This document shows positions 41,006 to 51,748 of a stretch of DNA of 64,000 nt, in pieces. Both the position numbers and the translations under genes were made by a program. Position 1 is the first letter of the stretch; each line of letters opens with the position of its first letter. The notes under the pieces are model-generated. The model was not told the DNA's origin, ran no database searches, and saw nothing but the letters and a program-made list of their open reading frames with translations. Source of the DNA: Calditrichales bacterium (GTDB lineage Bacteria > Calditrichota > Calditrichia > Calditrichales > J004); the NCBI GenBank assembly GCA_965267575.1, contig OZ254086.1, forward strand, positions 3,776,001-3,840,000, in the 5' to 3' direction.

Positions 41006-41910
41006 ATTACGGTTTTGCCTTTTATGTGCGCACATTTTTTGTGGGAATGGCCATGGGCGTGGCCAATATAATTCCCGGGGTAAGCGGCGGTACCATTGCC
41101 GTTGTTTTTGGCATTTACGAATACCTGATGGAAGCGCTGGGAAATTTTGTTACCAACAAAGAGCGGCGCAAAGAATACATCATGTTTCTGGGAGTTCTTT
41201 TCTTTGGATCTCTGGTCGCTGTTTTTGGGCTGGCCGGTGCGTTGTCCTGGTCTTTTAAAAATTATCCGCTGATGACGGTTTATTTTTTCATGGGACTTAT
41301 CCTGGGCAGTATCCCCGTGGTTATCCGCAGCCACAAGGATATGAAGCTGAACCTGCGCCGGGCACTGTTCCTGATTGGCGGAGCGGCCATCGTCGTTATC
41401 TTTGCCTTGTTTCAGACAGGGAAGGGCGACGAGATTGATATTGCTTATACGGCCGCGCGTTTTTCGCTCTGGGATTATGCTTATTTCCTGCTAAGTGGCA
41501 TCATTGCATCTTCGGCGATGATCGTTCCCGGTATCAGCGGGTCGTTTATGCTGATTTTGCTGGGTATTTACTGGACCGTTCTGGGCGCCCTGGACGGAGC
41601 AACAAGACTTGTGCTGCAGATTCCACAAAGCGGTATCGGCGAAGAGCTTTTGGTACGCATTTTTTTGATTGGCAGCCTCGGTATTGGTGTGGTTCTTGGA
41701 ATTCTTTTGTTCTCGCGCATCATGGACTGGGCACTTAAAAATTTCCCATCACAAACACTCTATTTTATTATTGGGTTGATTGTCGGATCGTTCTATCAGA
41801 TTTATCCGGGTTATGCTTTCAACTTAAATGGCCTGGGCGCGGTTGCGACGTTTGTGATCGGCCTGATGATGGCTTTAAAATTATCGGCAACAGACAAAAA
41901 GGCCGGTTGA
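41002..41910 (+). CDS. DUF368 family membrane protein (putative undecaprenyl-phosphate translocase)
   Basis: Duplicated GMAMGVANIIPGVSGGT / AMIVPGISGS motifs. Confidence 0.9.
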   Translation: MNYGFAFYVRTFFVGMAMGVANIIPGVSGGTIAVVFGIYEYLMEALGNFVTNKERRKEYIMFLGVLFFGSLVAVFGLAGALSWSFKNYPLMTVYFFMGLILGSIPVVIRSHKDMKLNLRRALFLIGGAAIVVIFALFQTGKGDEIDIAYTAARFSLWDYAYFLLSGIIASSAMIVPGISGSFMLILLGIYWTVLGALDGATRLVLQIPQSGIGEELLVRIFLIGSLGIGVVLGILLFSRIMDWALKNFPSQTLYFIIGLIVGSFYQIYPGYAFNLNGLGAVATFVIGLMMALKLSATDKKAG

Positions 41911-41947
41911 TTTGAAAATATCAAAACCGTATATTTAAGATTCATTT

Positions 41948-42023
<76 letters not shown>

Positions 42024-42043
42024 CTTTTTAAACAGCACCTTCA

Positions 42044-43552
42044 GTGAATCAGATCAACTCCTACCTGCCTCACACTTTTCAACACTGGCTGACAATTGTT
42101 GCTTTAACAGCTGTCCTTTTTCTGCTTTTAATGTTTTCAATCGCACTGAGAAAATACTTTAATGTACAAGCGGAGTATACCCGTAAATTTGTGCACATCT
42201 CAGTAGGATTGGCACTTGCCGCAGCCAGCGCTTTGATAGAAGAGATTCAGCCGATCGTTTTTATTGCCATCCTGTTCACGATTGTCAATTACATTTCCAT
42301 CAAAAAGCACTTTTTCGATGCCATCCACGATGTACGCCACAGCTACGGAACAGTCTATTATCCGCTGGTGATCCTAATTGGTGCCGTTCTCTTCTGGCAC
42401 AATCAGAAATATATTTTTGTAACACTCGTACTTATCCTCTCGGTTGGAGATGCGGTTGCCGCTATTGCCGGCCAAAAAGCAAAAAACCCCTTGGCTTATA
42501 AAGTCTGGCATGATATTAAGACGCTGCAGGGCAGTACAGCCATGGCCATCAGCGCCTTTTTGATCTTTTATGGAGTTTTTATGCTGTACTTCCCCGCCGG
42601 CAGCATCTCACTTTCACCGTGGCTGGCGGCATTAAGCTGCGCCATTCCCGTAACGTTCGCCGAAGCCACTTCGAAAAACGGCTCTGACAATCTCTCCGTT
42701 GGTTTTAGTACCATGCTCTTGCTATGGGTTTTCACTACGGCGGAACCCGCAATTCAGTGGCAATTTGTGTACGCGAATGTATTTGGGTTGATTTTCGCAA
42801 TTCTGGCCGTTAAGCATCTGCTTACAGCCGGCGGGGCCATCTCGGCGTATTTGCTGGCGATTGCCGTTTACGGTAGCGGCGGGTTTAAGCTGGTTATCCC
42901 TGTGCTTGCCTTTTTTGTCAGCTCCAGCCTGCTCAGTTTTTTTAAAAAGCAACGCAAAAAGCAGATCACATCCAATTTTGAAAAAGGCTCCCGGCGTGAC
43001 GCCTTGCAGGTTTTTGCTAATGGCGGAGTTGCCGGTTTATGCGCGCTGGCGATGCTATTTTTCCCCGACCGGGAAATCCTGTTCAGCATGTTTATCGTCT
43101 CGCTGGCTGCAGCCAATGCCGATACCTGGGCAACAGAACTTGGCATTTTAAGCCCCGCCGCGCCAAGATTGGTTACCAATTTTAAGAAGGCTGAGAAGGG
43201 CAGATCCGGAGCAATTTCGCTTTTTGGAAGCATAGCGGCGCTTGCCGGTAGCTTTTTCATTGTATTTGGTGCCATATTTGTTGCGCCCTATAAGAGCTAT
43301 CTGCTTACGGAAAATATTGTATTGTTAACGCTGATCGGCTTTCTGGCGACACTCGTTGACAGCCTTATGGGTGCAACAGTGCAGGCGCAATATATCAAAG
43401 CCGACGGAACTGTCACCGAAAAAACACACGACGACGGACAACAGCTCAAACTAATTCAGGGCCATGCTCTCATAAATAATGATGTTGTTAATTTTGCCGC
43501 AATTCTAAGCGCGGTTATTATTTTAGTTGTTATCAGGATGTGTATAACCTGA
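42044..43552 (+). CDS. Phytol/dolichol kinase-like domain fused to DUF92 (TMEM19-like) domain
   Basis: N-half TRKFVHI, SYGTVYYP, GDAVAAIAG, KTLQGS, GSDNL; C-half RDALQVFANGG, ADTWATELG, SGAIS..GS, DSLMGATVQ, NDVVN. Confidence 0.85.
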   Translation: MNQINSYLPHTFQHWLTIVALTAVLFLLLMFSIALRKYFNVQAEYTRKFVHISVGLALAAASALIEEIQPIVFIAILFTIVNYISIKKHFFDAIHDVRHSYGTVYYPLVILIGAVLFWHNQKYIFVTLVLILSVGDAVAAIAGQKAKNPLAYKVWHDIKTLQGSTAMAISAFLIFYGVFMLYFPAGSISLSPWLAALSCAIPVTFAEATSKNGSDNLSVGFSTMLLLWVFTTAEPAIQWQFVYANVFGLIFAILAVKHLLTAGGAISAYLLAIAVYGSGGFKLVIPVLAFFVSSSLLSFFKKQRKKQITSNFEKGSRRDALQVFANGGVAGLCALAMLFFPDREILFSMFIVSLAAANADTWATELGILSPAAPRLVTNFKKAEKGRSGAISLFGSIAALAGSFFIVFGAIFVAPYKSYLLTENIVLLTLIGFLATLVDSLMGATVQAQYIKADGTVTEKTHDDGQQLKLIQGHALINNDVVNFAAILSAVIILVVIRMCIT

Positions 43553-43652
43553 AGACAGGGTTTAGCCTGCCTGTTGAAAAAGGCGTATACCATAGCTAAA
43601 TTTTTTACCTTATCATCAAAGGACAGAGAACACATTAAATTAAGGAAAATCA

Positions 43653-46274
43653 ATGCCTTATCCTTTTAAGAAGATAGAAAAAAAGTGGCAAAAGATCTGG
43701 AAAGAAGAAAAAACATTCCGCACGCCCGATAAAATCGACAGCAATAAACCGAAATATTATGTTCTTGATATGTTCCCGTATCCAAGCGGTGCCGGCCTGC
43801 ACGTGGGCCATCCGGAAGGTTACACTGCCACGGATATTATCGCGCGCTACAAACGCATGAAGGGTTTTGAAGTGCTCCACCCGATGGGCTGGGATGCGTT
43901 TGGCCTCCCCGCTGAGCAATACGCTATCGAGACCGGCACACATCCTAAGGTGACGACAGAAAAAAATATCGACCGTTTTCGCGAGCAATTGCAGGATATC
44001 GGATTCTCCTATGATTGGGACAGGGAAGTAAACACAACCGATCCCGACTACTATAAATGGACACAATGGATTTTTATTCAGCTTTATAAAAAGGGTCTCG
44101 CTTATGTGGAAGAGGTGCCGGTAAACTGGTGTCCGGCTTTGGGCACGGTTCTGGCCAATGAAGAGGTGATCGACGGCAAAAGCGAGCGGGGTGGTCATCC
44201 TGTTTACCGCCGGCCCATGCGCCAGTGGATGCTAAAAATAACCGAATATGCAGAGCGTCTGCTGCAGGATCTTGATGAACTGGACTGGCCGGAAAGCACA
44301 AAGGAGATGCAGCGCAACTGGATAGGCAAGTCCAAAGGGGCGGAAATCAGCTTTAAGGTGAAAGATCATGACAGTAAAATAGAAGTATTCACCACGCGGC
44401 CGGATACGCTGTTTGGGGCTACATATATGGTCCTGGCGCCCGAACATCCGCTTGTGGACAAAATCGTTACAGGCACCTATAAAGATGCAGTAAAAGAATA
44501 TCAGGAAAAAGCCAGCCAAAAAAGCGATCTGGAACGCACAGAGCTTGCAAAAACCAAGACCGGTGTCTTCAGCGGCGCCTACGCTGTTAATCCCGCCAAC
44601 AATAAGGAGATTCCCGTCTGGATCGCCGATTACGTTTTGATGGGCTACGGGACGGGCGCCATTATGGCCGTGCCGGGGCAGGATGAACGCGACTGGGAAT
44701 TCGCCGAAGCATATGATTTGCCTATCATACGAACAGTGCAACCGCCAAAAGATTTTACGGGTAAAGCATTTGTCGGTGAAGGACCGGCCATAAACAGCGC
44801 TTTTCTTGACGGGCTGCTCGTTGATGCCGCCAAAGAAAAAATGATCCAATGGTTGGAGGATGAGGGACTTGGTCAGCGCAAGGTAAATTACAAACTACGC
44901 GATTGGCTATTCTCGCGTCAGCGTTACTGGGGCGAGCCATTCCCGGTTTTGCACGCCGAGGACGGTTCAACACGCACGGTAGAGGAATCCGACTTGCCGG
45001 TAAAACTTCCTGAGATGGAAGATTTTAAGCCCCGGCAAAGCGCGGATAAAGAGCCACAGCCTCCGCTGGCCAATGCGCCGGAATCCTGGCGCTTTGTGGA
45101 AAAAGACGGCGTTCTCTATACGCGGGAGTTTAACACCATGCCGCAGTGGGCAGGCTCTTGCTGGTACTATTTGCGCTATATCGATCCAAACAATCCTGAA
45201 AAGATACTTACCAAGGAGAAAGAGAATTATTGGATGCCGGTTGACCTGTACGTTGGCGGAGCCGAGCATTCGGTATTGCACTTGCTCTATGCGCGTTTCT
45301 GGCACAAGGTACTTTATGATATCGGTGTCGTCTCTACAAAAGAGCCGTTCAAAAAGCTGGTTCACCAGGGCATGATCCTGGGAGAAACAGAATATACCGT
45401 CTTTTCCGACAAAAACGGCGGTCCCATATCCGCTGAACAAGCAAGCGATCTCTCTGCTGAAGAGATGGAAGCCAAGGGAATTGTGTCGCGGAAAATATCC
45501 GAAGAAGAAACTGAAAAATCCGGTGATTTCTTTATACTAAAAGATCATCCCGCGATTCGTGTAGACGCCCGGGCCCACAAAATGAGCAAGAGCAGGGGAA
45601 ACGTGATTAATCCCGACGAGATTATCGGAAATTACGGAGCCGACACGCTGCGTCTCTACGAAATGTTTATGGGTCCGCTGGAAGCAATAAAACCCTGGAG
45701 CATGAACGGCGTGGAGGGTGTGTACCGCTTTCTTAGCCGTGTATGGCGTCTCTTTATTGAAGACAGGAGCGAAAAGCTAAATAGCCATATTGTTGAAAAA
45801 AAGCCGGACAAAGAACAGCTGTCGGAGCTGCACAAAGCGATCAAAAAAATTACTGAGGATATAGAAAACCTGCGCTTTAACACGGCCATTTCAGCGATGA
45901 TGATTTTTGTTAATGAAGCGTATAAGTGGCCGGAAATACCGAAATCTGTTTTGCACGACTTTTTGGTCATCGTCAATCCATTTGCGCCGCATCTTACAGA
46001 AGAGCTTTGGCAGCGTCTCGGATTTGAACAAACTATTGCCGCCCAAAACTGGCCGGTGTATGACGAGAAATATTTACAGGTAGATGAAACCGAATGGGTT
46101 ATCCAGATTAACGGCAAGATCCGTGAAAAGATGATGGCTTCGGTACAGCTGGAAAAAGAAGATGCCGAGAAGATGGCCAAAAATTTTGGCCGCATGCCGG
46201 AGCTTCTGGAAGGCAAAACGGTGCGCAAGGTGATTGTTGTACCCGGCAAGCTTGTAAATATCGTCGCCAATTAA
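43653..46274 (+). CDS. leuS: Leucyl-tRNA synthetase
   Basis: [43 protein letters not shown]. Confidence 0.99.
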   Translation: MPYPFKKIEKKWQKIWKEEKTFRTPDKIDSNKPKYYVLDMFPYPSGAGLHVGHPEGYTATDIIARYKRMKGFEVLHPMGWDAFGLPAEQYAIETGTHPKVTTEKNIDRFREQLQDIGFSYDWDREVNTTDPDYYKWTQWIFIQLYKKGLAYVEEVPVNWCPALGTVLANEEVIDGKSERGGHPVYRRPMRQWMLKITEYAERLLQDLDELDWPESTKEMQRNWIGKSKGAEISFKVKDHDSKIEVFTTRPDTLFGATYMVLAPEHPLVDKIVTGTYKDAVKEYQEKASQKSDLERTELAKTKTGVFSGAYAVNPANNKEIPVWIADYVLMGYGTGAIMAVPGQDERDWEFAEAYDLPIIRTVQPPKDFTGKAFVGEGPAINSAFLDGLLVDAAKEKMIQWLEDEGLGQRKVNYKLRDWLFSRQRYWGEPFPVLHAEDGSTRTVEESDLPVKLPEMEDFKPRQSADKEPQPPLANAPESWRFVEKDGVLYTREFNTMPQWAGSCWYYLRYIDPNNPEKILTKEKENYWMPVDLYVGGAEHSVLHLLYARFWHKVLYDIGVVSTKEPFKKLVHQGMILGETEYTVFSDKNGGPISAEQASDLSAEEMEAKGIVSRKISEEETEKSGDFFILKDHPAIRVDARAHKMSKSRGNVINPDEIIGNYGADTLRLYEMFMGPLEAIKPWSMNGVEGVYRFLSRVWRLFIEDRSEKLNSHIVEKKPDKEQLSELHKAIKKITEDIENLRFNTAISAMMIFVNEAYKWPEIPKSVLHDFLVIVNPFAPHLTEELWQRLGFEQTIAAQNWPVYDEKYLQVDETEWVIQINGKIREKMMASVQLEKEDAEKMAKNFGRMPELLEGKTVRKVIVVPGKLVNIVAN

Positions 46275-46298
46275 AAATTAAAATACTCCAGGCTTTTT

Positions 46299-46342
46299 AA
46301 GAGCCTGTTGCTGGTAACGCACACCGGCAGCAGGCTTTTTTT
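46299..46342 (+). terminator. Intrinsic terminator after leuS
   Basis: AGCCTGTTGCTGGT-AACGCAC-ACCGGCAGCAGGCT plus T-run. Confidence 0.85.
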
Positions 46343-46619
46343 ATTTTTGTTCAGCCAAATAGTCACACATCTATTCCAAATATAATTATCCACACCCGCC
46401 ACACAACACAAGACCTAAGTCACAAAATAACAAGTACTTATAGAAATGACGGTGACGCTGCTTATCTTATAATTTGTTGTATAATATACATAACGTTTAT
46501 TGCGTTAATTGCGTGCTTTAAGTCTATTCTTTACAACAACTTATCCTTTGACAAATAACGGTTTTTGCGGTTAGCTGCCGGGCCGGACCTACTTCATGAG
46601 TATAGTGAGGTGGTGTATT

Positions 46620-46868
46620 GTGTATAAAATTACATTGTATTTGACTATTGACGGCGAGGGTAAGAACGACGCGGAGGCGCGGCGCCTGGTAACCAATTTT
46701 GTGGAAACGGTTAACGAAAACAGGCTGCATTTAACCGAGCGTGACCAGCGTGAGCTGCAAACCATCGTCCAGGTGTACAACCGCGGACTAACCAACGTGG
46801 ATGACCTGGCCGATGAGCTGCATGTTTTATTGGACAGGATCTGCGAAGCGAGCGAGGTGTTGGTATGA
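46620..46868 (+). CDS. Phage hypothetical protein
   Basis: GTG 46620 after GAGGTGG; stop overlaps next ATG (ATGA). Confidence 0.6.
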   Translation: MYKITLYLTIDGEGKNDAEARRLVTNFVETVNENRLHLTERDQRELQTIVQVYNRGLTNVDDLADELHVLLDRICEASEVLV

Positions 46869-47203
46869 CATTAAGTTTCGAATTTCGCAGGGCGGCTATT
46901 TTTGTAACCTTCTGGGCCATTATGGACAGGTTGCGCGAGCTGCCTTTATTCTGGACGCATGAAACGTGGATTGGCTGGCCGTGGATGCTTACAACCAACG
47001 GGCCGCATGCCTGGTTGTGGGTTTTCCAGGACGGATATCATTTTTTTAAGTGGCTGCCGGTGCTGGTGTTTTGCATGATATTTACGCCCTGGGATGACCA
47101 GTGGGGCAAGAATGTTTTCCGATTGATGGCGTTGTGGATGCTGTGGCAGATATTCGGCCAGCTGTTTGTTACGTTTGAATTTGCGCAGAACTGGTACTTT
47201 TAA
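46865..47203 (+). CDS. Phage hypothetical Trp-rich membrane protein
   Basis: GAGGTG SD, coupled start, hydrophobic segments around DGYHFFK. Confidence 0.6.
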   Translation: MTLSFEFRRAAIFVTFWAIMDRLRELPLFWTHETWIGWPWMLTTNGPHAWLWVFQDGYHFFKWLPVLVFCMIFTPWDDQWGKNVFRLMALWMLWQIFGQLFVTFEFAQNWYF

Positions 47204-47282
47204 TTGATAGCGGTCGCGGGGTGTATTGTGTTTGGATACGGGTATGCCCGTGTGGCCGCTTTTTTTAAAGTTGGCGGATTGA

Positions 47283-47513
47283 ATGAACAATTCTGTTGGG
47301 CTTAACAAGATTATTGACGAGCGCCAGTGGTGGCCGGAGGATGCGTGGCCGGAGGTGGATAAGGTGCTGGAGAATCCGGGGGTGAGCTATTGGTTTGATA
47401 GTTATCACGGGCGGATACGCCTGGAGCCGGGGGATTACATTTTGACGGTGGCCGGCGGACATAAGATTGTGTTCCGGTTGAATAAGGGGATACAGAGGGT
47501 TGGAAAACTTTAG
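47283..47513 (+). CDS. Phage hypothetical protein
   Basis: 76-aa ORF with G-rich codon usage like its neighbours. Confidence 0.5.
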   Translation: MNNSVGLNKIIDERQWWPEDAWPEVDKVLENPGVSYWFDSYHGRIRLEPGDYILTVAGGHKIVFRLNKGIQRVGKL

Positions 47514-47523
47514 GAGGCGTAAA

Positions 47524-48343
47524 GTGGGTAAATCTAAAATTGAGTGGACGGACTATAGGTGGAACCCGGTAACGGGTTGTGATAAGGTATCCGAAGGGTG
47601 CCGGAATTGTTATGCGGGCAGGCTGGCCGAGACGCGGTTGAAGCATTTGCCGCAGTACCGTGATGGTTTTTATGGCAACGTGCAGATGCATCCTCACAAG
47701 CTGGATGAGCCGTTGCGCTGGAAAAAGCCGCGTATGGTTTTTGTCAACAGTATGAGCGATCTGTTTCACGAAAATATACCTTTTCATTTTATTGATAGGG
47801 TAATGACCACGATCAAAGCGGCAGAACAGCATACATTTCAAATACTTACAAAACGACCTGAAAGAGCCGTGGATTATTTTAATCATGCGGACGAATTGTA
47901 TAGCCACCTTGATAATGTGTGGCTGGGTGTGAGCGTGGAGAACCAGCACGCGGCAAACGAGCGCATACCGGAGCTTTTGCAGACGCCGGCAGCGGTGCGT
48001 TTTGTGAGTGCCGAGCCGTTGTTGGGCGCTATGCGTTTGGATGCTATAAAATAGTCTTACGCACCATATTGATGCGTTAAACGGAAGAAGTGTTTGGCAC
48101 GGCAGCAATATTGATTTGTTTGGCGGTCCTTGTCAAAAGCTTGATTGGGTGATTGTTGGCGGGGAGAGCGGGCCAAATGCGCGGCCTATGCACCCGGATT
48201 GGGTGCGCGGTATCAGGGACCAGTGCCAGGTTGCCGGCGTGCCGTTTTTCTTTAAGCAGTGGGGAAGATACGCGCCTAACCGCATGCTGGATGGCCGCGA
48301 GTGGAATGAAATGCCGGAGGTGAGTTATGAGCCGCTTGCGTGA
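47524..48343 (+). pseudogene. DUF5131 (phage Gp37/Gp68 radical-SAM-like) gene split by a frameshift
   Basis: SKIEWTD..WNPVTGC.KVSEGC.NCYA, FVNSMSDLFHE, LTKRP, RFVSAEPLLG stop at TAG 48052-54; [19 protein letters not shown]...FFFKQWG continues in the +1 frame. Confidence 0.85.
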
Positions 48344-48623
48344 TGAAATTGCGATTTTTTTAAGGCAGAACCCCGGGCAGTATAAGGGGATTGATGTGGC
48401 CCGGCGCTTTGGCTGGCAGACGAATTACGTCTACAGCGTCAACAAGGAGATGGGCGGCAATTACCTGCGCAAGGTGTTGGGCAACAAGTCGCGCAGTTTG
48501 AGCCAGCTGGTGGCGGAGCCGCTGGAGGAGTGCAAGCTGCCGGCGCAGCGCATACGTGTTGTAAACGCCGATGGCTCGGTAGAGGAGAAGCAAATCGAGC
48601 GGAAGGTGTGGCGTGAAATTTGA
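48327..48623 (+). CDS. Phage hypothetical protein (possible HTH N-terminus)
   Basis: GGAGGTG SD; '[19 protein letters not shown]' resembles an HTH. Confidence 0.55.
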   Translation: MSRLRDEIAIFLRQNPGQYKGIDVARRFGWQTNYVYSVNKEMGGNYLRKVLGNKSRSLSQLVAEPLEECKLPAQRIRVVNADGSVEEKQIERKVWREI

Positions 48624-48774
48624 CCATGTGTGGTTTTGGAAAAAGCGATTGGGCCGGTACAAGGGCCGCCGCTGCCGTGTGCTGGCGCGGGGGAGGATGA
48701 ACAGCATCCTGGTGGAGTTTGATGACGGCTATAAGGTGATCACCAGCAGGTATGCGGTAAGGAGGAAAAGATGA
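48613..48774 (+). CDS. Small basic phage protein (53 aa, below ORF-track cutoff)
   Basis: GTG start after [59 protein letters not shown]; stop overlaps next ATG. Confidence 0.65.
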   Translation: MKFDHVWFWKKRLGRYKGRRCRVLARGRMNSILVEFDDGYKVITSRYAVRRKR

Positions 48775-48944
48775 AGACGTTTATAAATATTATGGCCGTT
48801 ATTTTTATCGTGGTGGCTTTTGGGGTGTGGGGTTATATGTTGTTTAATATCCCGGAAAATGACTTTGTGTTTATGATCGGATGGATTATGCCCATGTTTT
48901 TAATTGTGATAGCAGTGGGCTTAATGACATCGAATAATGTTTAA
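48771..48944 (+). CDS. Small two-TM phage membrane protein (57 aa, below ORF-track cutoff)
   Basis: AAGGAGG SD; MKTFINIMAVIFIVVAFGVWGYMLFNIPENDFVFMIGWIMPMFLIVIAVGLMTSNNV. Confidence 0.6.
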   Translation: MKTFINIMAVIFIVVAFGVWGYMLFNIPENDFVFMIGWIMPMFLIVIAVGLMTSNNV

Positions 48945-49010
48945 TGGTATTGAGAGTAAGCACCCGGACTGGAATGAATAATTCTGAAAAAAGGATGAAC
49001 AGGAAACGGG

Positions 49011-49757
49011 ATGGATGAACCGAAAAGGAACGGGCAGGCGGATCTGGACCATGGTTTTACGCGCATCGCGAATGAGTTGCTGGAGGCGATGTGCGCGATG
49101 AAGTTGCCAGGGGAGGCGCAACGAGTTTTTTTGGCAATCGTGAGGCTAACCTACGGGTGGAAAAGAAGTGAATCCATTATTGGTTACAGTCAGTTGCAAA
49201 AGATGACAAATTTACATCGCAGGAGCGTCCGGCGGGCGGTTGAAACATTGTATATTAACAACGTTATCACTGTGCGCATATACGCGCACCCTATGCGCAA
49301 TAATGCGCACCCCCCCGCTAACAGCGATTTTAGGATGTATAAAATCAATAAAAACACTGCTTTATGGGGTCAAAAAGATGATCAAAACGGGGGTATGCGC
49401 AATAACGCGCACCCTATGCGCATATATGCGCACCCCCTATGCGCACATATGCGCACCCTTAAAAGATATAATATTAAAGAAAGCGCGGGGGACGCGCGCG
49501 CGCATGAGGGTGGTGTTGATTATGAACATCCGTTGCAGGAGTTCATAGCGACACATGAGAGTTTTGAGAAACTAAGAACGATGCCCCAGCAGATTTCTAA
49601 ATTGGATTGCGAATATATCGTGGATAAGTATGAAATCGGAATGATTAAGCGGGTGCTGGAGCAGATGGAGAATAAGTTCGATCAGTATTTGAGTAGGTCC
49701 AGGAGCGTGGGGGCGAGTTTGAAGCGCTGGCTGGAAGTGGAGGCGGGGAGAAAATAA
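49011..49757 (+). CDS. Phage replication initiator, lambda O-like N-terminal domain
   Basis: ADLDHGFTRIANELLEAM...RVFLAIVRLTYGWKR, typical of Phage_rep_O; contains iterons. Confidence 0.88.
   Translation: MDEPKRNGQADLDHGFTRIANELLEAMCAMKLPGEAQRVFLAIVRLTYGWKRSESIIGYSQLQKMTNLHRRSVRRAVETLYINNVITVRIYAHPMRNNAHPPANSDFRMYKINKNTALWGQKDDQNGGMRNNAHPMRIYAHPLCAHMRTLKRYNIKESAGDARAHEGGVDYEHPLQEFIATHESFEKLRTMPQQISKLDCEYIVDKYEIGMIKRVLEQMENKFDQYLSRSRSVGASLKRWLEVEAGRK
49271..49458 (+). repeat. Phage origin iterons (five 21-bp repeats)
   Basis: TRTGCGCA-N4-YGCGCACCC at 49271, 49292, 49394, 49415, 49438, flanking an A-rich spacer. Confidence 0.85.
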
Positions 49758-49891
49758 CGGGCGTCCAGATTTGATAATTTAGGAAGGGTTGAAAGATGGC
49801 AGATAATTTAAGTAATGACAAGCACGCCGTTAATTAACTAAAATATTAATTTGTGGGCTCGTGAAGCGTCCGCTACAACACGGGGGTTAGC

Positions 49892-50101
49892 ATGGAATTT
49901 ATTGATTTATTATTAGATAATGGTGAGTTAGTAAGGCTTGAGCATAAAGAAGAATATATTGACCAAATATGGGAAGAAATTGAGAACGCAATGAAGCGTG
50001 GTGACTGGTTTCCTGTGCGAATTTACGAAGGAACATCTGCAACATACATGGGGCATTTAATTGACCGTGTAAATATGAAAAGAGTAGTTGCCATACTTTA
50101 A
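49892..50101 (+). CDS. Cassette gene, hypothetical acidic protein
   Basis: 69-aa AT-rich ORF starting right after GTTAGC. Confidence 0.65.
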   Translation: MEFIDLLLDNGELVRLEHKEEYIDQIWEEIENAMKRGDWFPVRIYEGTSATYMGHLIDRVNMKRVVAIL

Positions 50102-50216
50102 AATGCTAACGGTTGGCATAACCGGAGCCGACCTAAACCAATAACCTTGCGGATTGCCAAGCGATGTAGGCTTCCGCGTTAATGCCGTTTGTTAGACGGC
50201 GATTGGAGTTAATAAG

Positions 50217-50474
50217 ATGCCAAAATTCAGGAAAAAGCCAGTAATTATTGAAGCAATACAATTTACTATGAAGGATATGAATATCACGGATATTTCAAAA
50301 TTTACAAAAAATAAGGCTTCATTCATGCGAAAAGACGAACATCCGGTTTGCGTAATCCCGACATTAGAAGGCGATATGATTGCCAGTATTGGCGATTGGA
50401 TTATCAAGGGCGTTAAAGGTGAATTTTACCCTTGTAAGCCAGATATATTTAAACAAACATACGAAGCCGTATAA
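50217..50474 (+). CDS. Cassette gene, common small phage protein (KKPVxIEAxQ / TLEG / GDWIIKG / YPCKPDIF family)
   Basis: Recognisable motif set; GGAG SD; its TAA forms part of the closing site. Confidence 0.85.
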   Translation: MPKFRKKPVIIEAIQFTMKDMNITDISKFTKNKASFMRKDEHPVCVIPTLEGDMIASIGDWIIKGVKGEFYPCKPDIFKQTYEAV

Positions 50475-50491
50475 CAAGTATTAGGTGGAAA

Positions 50492-51736
50492 ATGAGCAAC
50501 ATACGGGTATTGCCTCACGATGGCGAGGTGGAGGTGGCGGTTTTGGGCGCCATGTGCATCGGGGATATGGATGCGGCGCTGCTGGTGAGCGAGAAGCTGT
50601 CGGTGAATGATTTTTACCATAGCAAGCATAAGGATTTGTTTGAGATTTTTAGCGCCCTTGTAACGGAGGGCGTGGAGCCGGATGTGACGGTGGTAAACGC
50701 GCGCATCAAGAGCCATGACCGTTTAAGCCTGGCGGATGTGGTACCGGTTTTTGATGTGTTTACGGCAGCGAACCTTGAGCAGAATATCCAGACGATCAAA
50801 AATTACGCGCATTTGCGGCGTATAATTCGAACGAGCCAGGATGCAATCGACCAGGCTTTTGAGGCTGATGTGAATGCGGCCGCTGTTGTGCAGAATATAG
50901 AGCGGGAGATTTTTCAGCTGAGCGAGAGGGAAAGCAACAGCCGCCATATTACCGGCTGGATGGACCCGCTGATTGAGGATTTTGACCGCTTTACGCGCAG
51001 TGATGTGCGTTGCGGCATTGGCGATATCGATGAGAAACTGATGTGGCATTACGGCTTGATGTATGTGATCGCCGGCGCACCGGGCAGCGGTAAGAGCAGT
51101 TTTGTGAACCAGGTGCTGGCGACGATTAGCCGTGAGGTTCCGGTGCTTTATTTTAGCCAGGAGATGATTGGCGAGATGGTGGCTTTGCGCGTGGGGCTGA
51201 GTGAGGGCGATAAGGAGCTGCCGGGTATGTACGATCGCTGGCATGACGGTATGGAGCGTTTGAAGACGCGGCGCTTTTTTGTGGATGACAGCAGCAGCCT
51301 TACGATGCAGCAGTTGCGGGCGAAGGCGTTGCGGGCTATCCGTCGCGATGGGGTGAAGGTGTTTGCGGTGGATTACCTGCAGCTGGCTACGGGGCCGGGC
51401 GATAACCAGATGGAGCGCGAGACGAATCTGAGTAAGGGTATCGCGGCGCTGGCGAAGGAGACGCGCACGCTGTGGCTGGTGATTTCGCAGTTGCGCAAGG
51501 AGGGTTACGTGGAGGGTAAGCGTCCGAGCATGGCGGATTTGCGGGGTTCGGGGCAGATTGTACAGGACGCCCGGGGGATTTATTTTTTGTATCTTGCGGA
51601 TGAGGCGCAGGAGAACCAGGTGACGTTTTATTGCGAGAAGCAGAACCTGGGCGCTGCGCACTGGAAAAGGAGTTTGTATTTTGACAGGCAGTTTAACCGC
51701 TTTGCTAATTTGAGCAAGCGAAATGCGTTTTTTTAA
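50492..51736 (+). CDS. Phage DnaB-like replicative helicase
   Basis: LPHDGEVEVAVLG, AGAPGSGKS, FSQEM, VDYLQL, ISQL, DLRGSGQIVQDA. Confidence 0.92.
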   Translation: MSNIRVLPHDGEVEVAVLGAMCIGDMDAALLVSEKLSVNDFYHSKHKDLFEIFSALVTEGVEPDVTVVNARIKSHDRLSLADVVPVFDVFTAANLEQNIQTIKNYAHLRRIIRTSQDAIDQAFEADVNAAAVVQNIEREIFQLSERESNSRHITGWMDPLIEDFDRFTRSDVRCGIGDIDEKLMWHYGLMYVIAGAPGSGKSSFVNQVLATISREVPVLYFSQEMIGEMVALRVGLSEGDKELPGMYDRWHDGMERLKTRRFFVDDSSSLTMQQLRAKALRAIRRDGVKVFAVDYLQLATGPGDNQMERETNLSKGIAALAKETRTLWLVISQLRKEGYVEGKRPSMADLRGSGQIVQDARGIYFLYLADEAQENQVTFYCEKQNLGAAHWKRSLYFDRQFNRFANLSKRNAFF

Positions 51737-51748
51737 AGGTTGAGGATA

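Larger units (their letters stand above)
49755..50491 (+). mobile_element. Cassette array A (two attC-like cassettes plus terminal dif/attI-like site) between initiator and helicase
   Basis: TAAC...GTTA sites 49755-49889 (degenerate) and 50107-50194 (well-paired hairpin); end repeats GTTAGCAT/ATGCTAAC and GTTAGACGGC/GCCGTATAAC; closing site at 50472-50491. Confidence 0.75.

Noticed and set aside
46386..46394. Chromosomal oriC suggested by a DnaA box
   Set aside because: Only one perfect box, with no cluster and no dnaA/dnaN context.
49271..49458. Repeats considered as a CRISPR array
   Set aside because: Copies are adjacent without unique spacers, lie inside the initiator ORF, and no cas genes are present; iterons fit better.
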